A DNA stretch of 50,981 nt. Source: Candidatus Aminicenantia bacterium (GTDB taxonomy: Bacteria; Acidobacteriota; Aminicenantia; UBA2199). The translations under genes were made by a program, and so were the position numbers. Each line of letters begins with the position of its first letter. Position 1 is the first letter of the stretch. Of this stretch, positions 27,561 through 36,047 are shown in pieces. The notes under the pieces were generated by a model. That model had not been told where the DNA came from. It saw nothing but the letters and a program-made list of their open reading frames with translations, and ran no database searches. The stretch covers positions 1 through 50,981 of the forward strand of contig JBGSPO010000015.1 of assembly GCA_041738575.1 (NCBI GenBank), given 5' to 3'.

Positions 27561-27955
27561 TCAGAGAATATTCCCCAGGCAATCGATGATCCGTTCCGCC
27601 ACCTTGACTCCCATCTTGCGGGCGGCGATGGCGCAAGCCATGGTGGAGGTCACGTCGCCCACAACCACACACAGGTCCGAACAGTTTTTCAGCAGGACTT
27701 TTTCATGTCCGGTCATGATGGCAGCCGCCTGCTCGGCCTGAGTCCCGCTCCCTGCTCCCAGGTTGATGCCCGGCTCAGGAGTGCCGGGTTCCCGGAAGAA
27801 GCGGCCGCTCATGTTGACATCATAGTGCTGCCCGATGTGGACCAGGCGGTATTCGAAGGGCTTGCCTTTTCCCCAGCTTTATGGATCGAATCGATGATGG
27901 GTGCGATCTTCATGAAATTGGGCCGAGCACCGGCAATCAGATCGATCAATTTCAT
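27561..27955 (-). pseudogene. wecB: decayed UDP-N-acetylglucosamine 2-epimerase gene (frameshift plus large internal deletion)
   Basis: MKLIDLIAGARPNFMKIAPIIDSIHKAG (from 27955) continues only after a frame change near 27866-27880 as KPFEYRLVHIGQHYDVNMSGRFF...VVVGDVTSTMACAIAARKMGVKVA. That sequence then jumps directly to a C-terminal-like ERIIDCLGNIL*. The total is about 130 codons; my recollection is that intact WecB proteins are about 360-380 aa. Confidence 0.75.
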
Positions 27956-28004
27956 GGAGTGCCATACCTGAACGTGCCTGGGGGTGAATCCTTGTTCCGC
28001 GCAT

Positions 28005-29198
28005 TCACGATTTCGGTGCACTGGACAGGATCGCTTGCCTGCGGTTCTGCACCCAAACAAGTCCGAATGCCAGGCAGACAAAAAAGAACCCACCCAGGAA
28101 AAAACCGATCAAAACAATAATCCCCCGGGATAGCTTGCTATACCGAGTCGGCACGGTAGGACCGGAAACGAATCGGTAGGAAAGGCTGAAGGTACGGTTA
28201 AAATTCTGCTGATCGACGTCCAGCTCGTTGTACACCTCACGCACGAAATCGATGCGCAGGTCCTTCTTGCTGAAGAACTCGGTCAGGATCGTCGTGAGCT
28301 CCTGGAACAGGGGCTCGCCCTGCTTGATCGGCTTGTCAAGGATGGACTTGCTAAGTTCGAAAAACTCAATCCGGAGAAGCATCTTTTGCCGATTCCTCTC
28401 CAGCAGGGCCACCTCGCGCCGCAGGTCGGCCATCCTTGACTCGATACCGACAAGCTGGGTCAGCGGTGAGAGGAAATGCTCCCCCCCGTCCTGGATCGAC
28501 ATCAGCTGCCAATTTTCTCTGCGGGCCGCATCGGGGTACTTGCGCATGATCGTCCACATGTCAGCCAACTTCTTCTCCTGTTGTTCAAGCCCAAAACGGC
28601 TTTCAATCAGTTCGTTATCATTTTTCTGAAGGGAGGTGCGGGCGGTCATGGCATTACCAGAAATGTAATCGAACAGAGTGAGATACATCAGGCAGTCGCG
28701 GATATAGCGGCCAGAAAAAGAGACCAACTTGACCGCCAACTCGGGCGATTGTGCTAAAAAGATCAGGTTCAAGCCAAGCACCGAGTTGCTTTGCTCCTTG
28801 GTGATCAGGGCCAGTTCCCGTGTATCCTCCTTGGAGAAGGCGTAGAAGGGGATTATCCAATTCTTGTTGTTCTCCCTACTCTTGAGCGTTTTGGCGATCT
28901 GCAGTTTGTCATCTTTGGAAAATGACGATTCGCTGCGTATGTAATTTAAAAAGCCGCTGAGGTTGGTGAAATGCAGTGAGCTTCTTCTGTAGAACTGGAT
29001 GGGCACCCCGGTATTGCCCAAAACGTAGAACCCTTTGCTGCGGTACTTCACCGGAATCATGAAGCTGAACCCAGCGGCGAGGGTGGTAACCGCCAGGGTC
29101 CCGAAAAGGATTAACATCCTGCGCTTCCAGAAAATGGAAAATATGGCAATGAGATCGATTTCTCTAACGACCGGTCTTTGTGTTGGCTCGCCTGTCAT
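28005..29198 (-). CDS. wzz: Wzz-type polysaccharide chain-length determinant (PCP-1) protein
   Basis: N-terminal Wzz pattern EIDLIAIFSIFWKRRMLILFGT (TM1), a long coiled-coil-like periplasmic region and a C-terminal TM helix (IIVLIGFFLGGFFFVCLAFGLVW). Confidence 0.72.
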   Translation of the reverse strand: MTGEPTQRPVVREIDLIAIFSIFWKRRMLILFGTLAVTTLAAGFSFMIPVKYRSKGFYVLGNTGVPIQFYRRSSLHFTNLSGFLNYIRSESSFSKDDKLQIAKTLKSRENNKNWIIPFYAFSKEDTRELALITKEQSNSVLGLNLIFLAQSPELAVKLVSFSGRYIRDCLMYLTLFDYISGNAMTARTSLQKNDNELIESRFGLEQQEKKLADMWTIMRKYPDAARRENWQLMSIQDGGEHFLSPLTQLVGIESRMADLRREVALLERNRQKMLLRIEFFELSKSILDKPIKQGEPLFQELTTILTEFFSKKDLRIDFVREVYNELDVDQQNFNRTFSLSYRFVSGPTVPTRYSKLSRGIIVLIGFFLGGFFFVCLAFGLVWVQNRRQAILSSAPKS

Positions 29199-29583
29199 GG
29201 TTTCCCCCCTTGGACTTCCGCATGCCTGGCATGAAAAACCTAAACAATTTCACCTGAATTTTCCATTTTGCCTGCGTCGGGGAAAAAATATGCTGCCGCC
29301 GCAGGCCGCGGGTGCGGACTCAACATGCATCTGGAATAAAAGCCCTCATTAGCCAATAACTTTCCGTATTCATACATTCTTTACCGTAAAACGCAAAAAA
29401 TGTCAACTTGGACTTTTGGCCTGCCCAGGAACGGGAATTTCTGCGCCGGGAGGGGAATTCCCTGCATCCCACCGTCTCGCAATTGCAGGCACAGACTGCC
29501 GGACTCGATTGCAAGTCACATTTTTTCGGGTGGAAGGCTGACCGTGCCCCTGTCTTGGTGCTGGTTGTTGATTGCTCGATCAC

Positions 29584-31395
29584 TCAGAGATATCCCAATG
29601 CTTTAAGATTTTCTATCTCCTCTCGGGAATATTTCTTTTCTTTGACGGTCTTCGTGAATATTCTGTTTCTTTTTTTTCTAAAATCTTGGAACATTGCATA
29701 GATCTGGCCCTCAAATTGAAAACCGCGTTCCGGCAGCAAATTGTTATTCATTCCAATATCTTCATTCAAATCGTAGAGTTCATCGCCCGGATTGTCTTTT
29801 CTTAAAGTCAAGCAATATTTGAGAAAGTCAAGATTATCTATTTTTTTTAAAGTCTTGCTGACCGCTTTGATTTTTAAAAATTCATCAACGCCGACAATGA
29901 CATACGAAACTGCACGCAATTCCGTCCCGGGCGACAAATCCAAGTTCAATGTCAGGTCATCGAGCATGGTGACGGGATAATAAACCAGAAGTTGCTTTTT
30001 ATTTGCTTGAATGAGCACTCCGGCATGTTTGATTCGATCTATGAAGCTGCTGGCCATTGCAAAGCCATTATTTTTTTCAAAATCCATCTTCAATGCCAAA
30101 TAATTCATCCCTTTTATAAATAAATCAGGGAAAGCAATTTTTATTCGCTTATTATTAGTATCATCCCCAATATCCTCATGTTGGCATGCGGTAAACTCAG
30201 CCGACGGCAGGACATTCTCTTCATCAACATAAATGAACTTCATGTGGTAATCAATATTTTTAATAAAACTCCTTGCGGTCACCGTGTCGATCATTTGCAG
30301 GGACCGGGTATAAGTAGGATTACCAATAATAAAAAACTTTTTTCGCGACACGGTTCCAGGTCGATTCCCGCTTTCCCATAAAATCTTGCCCTCACCAAAA
30401 CTCGTGCAGGGCAGCCCGGCTTCATATAAAACTGTCGGGGCGATATCCAAGGTGGAGACGTAACGATCGGCATCCAAGTTCTCGGGGATCCGACCGCCAT
30501 GAAAGATTAGGGGCACGAAAATATTTTCAGCATAGAAATCAGCGTGACCCCCGAAATGGCCGTGTTCTCCAAACTGTTCGCCGTGATCGGCCGTGATACA
30601 GGTGATCATGTTCTTGGCAATTCCGAGTTTCTGTAAATAATGGAAGAGTTTCCTTATCGCAGCATCGGTGTATCGGATCTCGGAATCATAGGCGTCGATC
30701 GACTTGGCGGCATTGGCAAAGCTTCTTCTACTTGCATCACGCTCAGGCCCGATTTTGGCCAGGACGCTTTCGGGAATTGGCTCGGAACAGGAATACTCCC
30801 GTCGTTTAATATAAGGGCGATGAGGGTCAAAGTAATGAACCCAAATAAATAACGGCTTGTTTTTGTACTGCCGATCATATTTTTTAATCTGGTTAAACAA
30901 GCTGTGATTAACGGAATCAGCAGACCTTTGAGTTTGCTTGCCGGTCCCGCCGTCCACTTCCCCTTTATCTGAAAAAGAATCAAAGCCTTGAGCGAAATTG
31001 TATTCCCGGCCCATGTGGAAAACGGCAACGGTCCCTATGGTAAAATATCCATTCTTTTTAAGCACTTCGCTCAATGTATCCAATTTTTCGCTTTGCCTGG
31101 ACGCATTCAACAGCACATTGTGGACCAATGGATGAAGAGAAGTTAAAATCGAAGTATGGCTGGCGGCGGTTGAGGGGATCGGGGTCAGCGCATTTTTGAA
31201 TACAATGCCATTTCTTGCCAGCGAATCGATGAACGGGGTGGTTTGCCTGGGATAACCATAGGCGCCGACATGGTCTCTTCTGAGGGTATCAATGGTCACC
31301 AACAGGATATTCGGCTTTTCCCTCTTGCATGAAATCGAAAATAGTAATAAAAGGGAAATGGATGCTGCCCGAGAATAATTTCCCATGATCTTCAC
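29584..31395 (-). CDS. sulfatase-fold (alkaline-phosphatase superfamily) lipoprotein, hydrolase/transferase, with a ~250-aa C-terminal extension
   Basis: Lipobox FSISC. NILLVTIDTLRRDHVGAYGY metal site. The nucleophile region PSTAASHTSILTSLHP lacks CxPxR. ADHGEQFGEHGH motif. Confidence 0.85.
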   Translation of the reverse strand: MKIMGNYSRAASISLLLLFSISCKREKPNILLVTIDTLRRDHVGAYGYPRQTTPFIDSLARNGIVFKNALTPIPSTAASHTSILTSLHPLVHNVLLNASRQSEKLDTLSEVLKKNGYFTIGTVAVFHMGREYNFAQGFDSFSDKGEVDGGTGKQTQRSADSVNHSLFNQIKKYDRQYKNKPLFIWVHYFDPHRPYIKRREYSCSEPIPESVLAKIGPERDASRRSFANAAKSIDAYDSEIRYTDAAIRKLFHYLQKLGIAKNMITCITADHGEQFGEHGHFGGHADFYAENIFVPLIFHGGRIPENLDADRYVSTLDIAPTVLYEAGLPCTSFGEGKILWESGNRPGTVSRKKFFIIGNPTYTRSLQMIDTVTARSFIKNIDYHMKFIYVDEENVLPSAEFTACQHEDIGDDTNNKRIKIAFPDLFIKGMNYLALKMDFEKNNGFAMASSFIDRIKHAGVLIQANKKQLLVYYPVTMLDDLTLNLDLSPGTELRAVSYVIVGVDEFLKIKAVSKTLKKIDNLDFLKYCLTLRKDNPGDELYDLNEDIGMNNNLLPERGFQFEGQIYAMFQDFRKKRNRIFTKTVKEKKYSREEIENLKALGYL

Positions 31396-31872
31396 TTACG
31401 GCATCTCCGTTTTCTTATAAACTACCCTGATGTGGCCTTGCTTGTCAAGGCCGTTTGACGCAAAAAAAGAAGTGCTTCCATTTTTGTCCAACTTTCAATG
31501 CTTCCCGGCTGCGAGACACATCCCCGCCGCCATTTTCTCGATGCGGATTCCCCCAAAAGGAAACAGCCAAGAGGGCTCGAGTGCAAACGGCTCCACAGGA
31601 ATAATCGGGAGGAGATCGCTGAGATCCATTCCACTATGGGCACGGTTCAACAGCTTCATCGGACAAGGCGCAGAAACGCCCCGGCAGTAATTGGCAATCG
31701 CCCATTCTTGGGGTGTGTTTGTTTAGCAATCCGTCTCAAGAGTGGAGACAGCCCAATAATTCAAAGGAAAGCTGCGATGAAAGAGCGTGCCGAACCCATG
31801 CGAGCAAGACCCTAATGCCGCATTTATATTACAGCCAAGCCGCCTGAGCCGGAAGCACTTGGATTCCATCTT

Positions 31873-32472
31873 TTATGTTGGTCGAAAAACATATAAATGG
31901 TTTAATTTGTACAGGAAACGTGAATGCATTTCCAGTTTGAATCCGGCTTCTTCACACAAGCCGACCACCTGTCTGCCGGATAATCCGCCCACTTCTCCCT
32001 TCGCCATGCCGCCGCGTTTTTTATCTTCGCTATACCACCAGATCGCGTGCCCGACTTTTCCCAGCATCGGGCCGATCATGGTGAGGACCAATCTCCCGGA
32101 AGGCCGGATCAAGCGGTGCGCTTCCTTGAGAACTTCCTGCCGGTTGGGGATATGGTTCAGGCAGGCGATAAAAGCAATCGAATCAAAGGAGGCATCAGAA
32201 AATGGCAGATGAGCCGAATCCTGGACAACCAATGCTCCCCCGCCCCAGTCAAATACATCCACGCCAATTCCCTGCCCATAGTTTTTTACCAATGAATTTT
32301 GGCCGGCACCGATATCCAGCAGGTTTCCCTTCAGGTGCGGAATCACTGCATTGATCCGTTCTTCTTCCAACGTCGTCCAGCCAAAACGCGGCAGCCAATG
32401 TTGAGCAAAAAAAATGAAGCGGAATGGCATGCCTAGGAAATCCCAGAAAGATCGAAAAAAGGTTTTTTTCAT
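31873..32472 (-). CDS. class I SAM-dependent methyltransferase
   Basis: Motif I LLDIGAGQN and a Methyltransf_11-like core (FDSIAFIACLNHIP, RLIRPSGRLVL). Confidence 0.82.
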   Translation of the reverse strand: MKKTFFRSFWDFLGMPFRFIFFAQHWLPRFGWTTLEEERINAVIPHLKGNLLDIGAGQNSLVKNYGQGIGVDVFDWGGGALVVQDSAHLPFSDASFDSIAFIACLNHIPNRQEVLKEAHRLIRPSGRLVLTMIGPMLGKVGHAIWWYSEDKKRGGMAKGEVGGLSGRQVVGLCEEAGFKLEMHSRFLYKLNHLYVFRPT

Positions 32473-32478
32473 TGGCTT

Positions 32479-33276
32479 TTATTCTTTTTCACCTATGACG
32501 GTCCAACTATATGCATGACGATGGAAACTTGCCACATTGATAAAACCGATTTTCTTTAACAAGTTTTCTGCTTCTTCCCGGCGATAATAACGGGCATAGG
32601 CCGGATTAAGCTGGTCAAAAATCACTAAAAAACGATCCTTGCGGCTTAATTTGGCAAGCACTTCACGCAAGTACCGATGAAATGGCAAAACAAGAAATTT
32701 ATTAAAAAAAATATATAAAAAAAGGAAAAAATTAAAAATATGGGCTAGACCAACCAGAATGATATCAGGTATAATACTCGTTAACTTGCGCAAAGGCTGG
32801 ATGAGCGATAAATAAAATTCATTGCCTTCAGATCCGTAAACCCAAATCAGAAATTTTCCTCCAGGTTTAAGACAATCAAATGCACGCTGGACCGTCGGCT
32901 GGGGGTCGGGAATATGATGCAATACTCCGATAGAAAAGGCGTAATCAACCTTCATGTCGGGGATATTTTCCCCTTTGAGATTCAGGTATTCAATCTTTTT
33001 TTCCCAAGGACGTGTGTTTTCCACAAGTTTTTCAAAAGCACCCGATGGTTCTACTGCAACGACTCTGCTTGCTCCTGAGTCCAACAGCATCTTGACAATC
33101 CGGCCGCTGCCACTGCCGATATCAAGGATGGTTTTTCCCTGGAGATCGCTTAAATCTACCAGCGGACCACAAATATCTTTAAAAAACTCCAGGGAGGCAT
33201 AATAGCCCTCATTTTGGGAGTAGTGCGTCCACTGGTCGCCAAAGTCCTTGATAGTTTTATCGTTTATGTCCGTCAT
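32479..33276 (-). CDS. class I SAM-dependent methyltransferase with a C-terminal hydrophobic segment
   Basis: Motif I ILDIGSGSGRIV. ATG 33276 forms an ATGA overlap with the asnB stop. The track ORF extends to 33327. Confidence 0.82.
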   Translation of the reverse strand: MTDINDKTIKDFGDQWTHYSQNEGYYASLEFFKDICGPLVDLSDLQGKTILDIGSGSGRIVKMLLDSGASRVVAVEPSGAFEKLVENTRPWEKKIEYLNLKGENIPDMKVDYAFSIGVLHHIPDPQPTVQRAFDCLKPGGKFLIWVYGSEGNEFYLSLIQPLRKLTSIIPDIILVGLAHIFNFFLFLYIFFNKFLVLPFHRYLREVLAKLSRKDRFLVIFDQLNPAYARYYRREEAENLLKKIGFINVASFHRHAYSWTVIGEKE

Positions 33277-35171
33277 CTCATCGCTTGAAATTGCTGCCAC
33301 CACAAGGCCAGGGTAAGCAGGCACCAAATCTGATGACTGTTCTCGGCTTTGCCGGAAAAATGATCAAACAAAATTCTTTCCACGGCCGGCGGATCGAGGA
33401 CCCCCATGTCCTTCACCGCCCTGGGGGAAAGGTGATCCTGCACGAACGGTTTCATTTCGCCTTTGATCCAGCGGGCGTTGGGCACGTTAAAGCCGGCCTT
33501 CCGGCGCCAGATGACCTGCCGGGGCAGCCGGCCGGCCATTGATTTTTTCAGGATATATTTCTTTTGACTTAATTTCCTCAGTTTTAAGTTGGGGGGCAGT
33601 GATGCGGCAAATTCCACCAGGCGGTAGTCGAGGTAGGGCTCGCGGGCTTCCAGGCCATGTGCCATGCACATGCGATCCACTTTGACCAGCATGTCATTGG
33701 GCAAGTAAAAACGCGTGTCGACATACAGCATGCGGTTCAGCGGGTTTCTGGCATTCGTCCGGCTGAAGGCTCGGCGGTAGAGATCCAGATAATCGCTTCG
33801 GGCGGCGTAATGCTCCCATATCGGCAGGAGCAAATTCTGTCTTTCCCGGGCATCGAAGATCATACGCCAGGCGCCGTGGGCCGCCTCATCCCCGATCTCA
33901 GCCCCGGCAGCAAAACGCTTCAGCCTGGCATCGAAACTCACTTTTGCATCCGATGCCGGCAACGCCTGGATCAAAGGCCACAGGATGCCTTGGCGCAAAA
34001 ATGCCGGGACCGCCTTATACAGCTTGCGCAGGTAATGAGCCTGGTATGTCTCATATCCGGCCAGGATCTCATCCGCTCCATCGCCGCTCTGTACCATGGC
34101 GACATGCCGGCGGGCCGTCTGCGCCAGATAATAAACCGCCACCATGGAAGAATCGGCCGTCGGTTCTTCTGAATGCCAGACGATTTTGGGCAGGATCTCG
34201 GCCGCATTGGCCCGGATGATCTTTTCAAAGTGCTCTGACCCGATACGCTCGGCCACCTGGCGCGCGAACGGCAATTCATCGAAACCGGGTTCATTGAACC
34301 CGATGGTGAAGGTTTTCAGCGGTTCGGGCAAATTTTTAGCCATCCAGTAGGAAACCGCGCTGGAATCGATCCCGCCGCTCAGGAAAGCGCCGAAGGGCAC
34401 ATCGCTTGCCAGGCGCAGCCGGACTGAATCGGCCAGCAGTTCGCTGAATTCTTCGAGATAGGCATTCTCTTTTTTTGCCCGCTGGCCTTCCTGAAAATGA
34501 AGGTCCCAATATTCTTTCCCGGTCTGGTTCCCGTTGGCATCCACAAGCAAAAAATTGCCGGGCAGAACCTGGCGGACATGTTCAAAGAGCGTATGCGGAG
34601 CCGGGGTATAATTCAACCCCAGATAATATGCCAGCGCCTGATAATCCAGTTGCCGCCGCACCTGCGGATGGGCCAGGATGGCCTTGATCTCCGATCCGAA
34701 TAGAAAGGCGTCCGCCAGACGGCAATAGAAGAGGGGCTTTACGCCCAGGCGGTCCCGCGCCAGCCACAAGCGTTTGCTTCGCCCATCCCATAGCCCGAAA
34801 GCAAACATGCCGTTGAATTTTTGCAGGCAGTCCACGCCCCATTCCTCATACGCATGAATGACCACCTCGCTATCGGTGTGGGAATGGAATGCATGCCCGC
34901 GCGCCAGTAATTCACCCCGCAAATCCCTGTAATTGTAGATTTCGCCATTATAGGTCACCCAGACGGTTCGATCTTCATTGCACATGGGCTGCCGGCCGGC
35001 TTCGGAAAGGTCAATGATGGCCAGCCGCCGATGGCCCAACCCGATCGGGCCGGCGACATGGAAGCCTTCCCCGTCCGGTCCGCGGTGGGCCAGAGTACGC
35101 GTCATTTGTTCAAGAACATCCCTGGATGGCGCGGTTCCATCCAGTTGAAGGATTCCGGCAATCCCGCACAT
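33273..35171 (-). CDS. asnB: asparagine synthase (glutamine-hydrolysing) family amidotransferase
   Basis: Ntn MCGIAGIL start and the PP-loop SGGIDSS. 632 aa. Confidence 0.92.
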   Translation of the reverse strand: MCGIAGILQLDGTAPSRDVLEQMTRTLAHRGPDGEGFHVAGPIGLGHRRLAIIDLSEAGRQPMCNEDRTVWVTYNGEIYNYRDLRGELLARGHAFHSHTDSEVVIHAYEEWGVDCLQKFNGMFAFGLWDGRSKRLWLARDRLGVKPLFYCRLADAFLFGSEIKAILAHPQVRRQLDYQALAYYLGLNYTPAPHTLFEHVRQVLPGNFLLVDANGNQTGKEYWDLHFQEGQRAKKENAYLEEFSELLADSVRLRLASDVPFGAFLSGGIDSSAVSYWMAKNLPEPLKTFTIGFNEPGFDELPFARQVAERIGSEHFEKIIRANAAEILPKIVWHSEEPTADSSMVAVYYLAQTARRHVAMVQSGDGADEILAGYETYQAHYLRKLYKAVPAFLRQGILWPLIQALPASDAKVSFDARLKRFAAGAEIGDEAAHGAWRMIFDARERQNLLLPIWEHYAARSDYLDLYRRAFSRTNARNPLNRMLYVDTRFYLPNDMLVKVDRMCMAHGLEAREPYLDYRLVEFAASLPPNLKLRKLSQKKYILKKSMAGRLPRQVIWRRKAGFNVPNARWIKGEMKPFVQDHLSPRAVKDMGVLDPPAVERILFDHFSGKAENSHQIWCLLTLALWWQQFQAMR

Positions 35172-35174
35172 GGA

Positions 35175-36026
35175 TTACATTTTTTCCAAACGCAGCTGCG
35201 AAATCTGGTCGCTGATCAGGCCGATCACAAACAGGAGGATGGCCGTCACGATCGCCAACATCGAGCCCATGCTGATGCCGTTGCCCATCAGGGCATAGGG
35301 AATTCCCCAGGCGACGCCGATAAAGCCGATAAGCAGGCTGAGCGGGACGAAAATCCGCAGCGGATCGATCAGCGTGGCGATTCGCAAAACCAGCAAAAGG
35401 GTCTCGAACCCGGTCGCCAGCGAAACGGTGCTTTTGCCCTTCCGCATCTTGATCTCAAAGGGTACATAGCGGATCTCGAAACCGCAGCGGAACAGGATCA
35501 TCGTGATCGTCGTGGAGAATGAGAAGCCGTTCGGGCATAGGCTCATGTAGCGCAGGACGACATGGCGTTTGATCAGGCGCAGGCCGGAATTCAGGTCGGG
35601 GATGCGCTGCCGCGTGAGATAATTCGCCATCACCGCCAAAAACCACTTTCCGGGCAGGCGCCAGAAGGGGCGGTAGATCCGCTTGGAACGCCGCCCCACC
35701 ACCATATCGTTCCCTTCGGCGACGGCCCATAGCTTGAGCGCGTCTTCGGCATGGTGCTGACCATCCGCATCCATGAATAAAACCCACTCCCCGTGACCCT
35801 TGTTTATTCCGGATTTAAGAGAGGCGCCATATCCTTTGTTGCGGGAATGTCGGATGACATTGGCGCCGGCTTTTTCAGCTCTTTCCGCCGTTTGATCGGA
35901 CGAGCCGTCATCCACGACGATGATTTCGACTTCCTCCCCGGGGAAATGGGTCTGGATATCCCGGATCACTCCGGCCACGGATTCAGCCTCGTTGAAGGCC
36001 GGGACTATAAAAGAGATGGTTCGCAT
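35175..36026 (-). CDS. GT2 polyprenyl-phosphate glycosyltransferase (ArnC/DPM1/GtrB-like) with two C-terminal TM helices
   Basis: ISFIVPAFNE...IIVVDDGSSD...FMDADGQH pattern plus a C-terminal membrane anchor. Confidence 0.88.
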   Translation of the reverse strand: MRTISFIVPAFNEAESVAGVIRDIQTHFPGEEVEIIVVDDGSSDQTAERAEKAGANVIRHSRNKGYGASLKSGINKGHGEWVLFMDADGQHHAEDALKLWAVAEGNDMVVGRRSKRIYRPFWRLPGKWFLAVMANYLTRQRIPDLNSGLRLIKRHVVLRYMSLCPNGFSFSTTITMILFRCGFEIRYVPFEIKMRKGKSTVSLATGFETLLLVLRIATLIDPLRIFVPLSLLIGFIGVAWGIPYALMGNGISMGSMLAIVTAILLFVIGLISDQISQLRLEKM

Positions 36027-36047
36027 GGTAGTGGTGAATCCTCCTCT

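Noticed and set aside
31515-31530. 16-mer gacacatccccgccgc shared with 41361-41376, plus a related tccccgccgcc at 41222-41232. Considered as a dispersed REP-like element.
   Set aside because: In a 51-kb window about one chance 16-mer match is expected. Similarity does not extend beyond the 16-mer, and the 41.2-kb copy is simply one arm of the pepF terminator hairpin.
33273-35171. The AsnB homologue considered as a lasso-peptide cyclase / RiPP enzyme.
   Set aside because: It retains the MCGI Ntn-glutaminase start and the full-length AsnB layout, and it sits among glycosyltransferases and methyltransferases. No precursor peptide, transglutaminase-like protease or dedicated ABC exporter is nearby.
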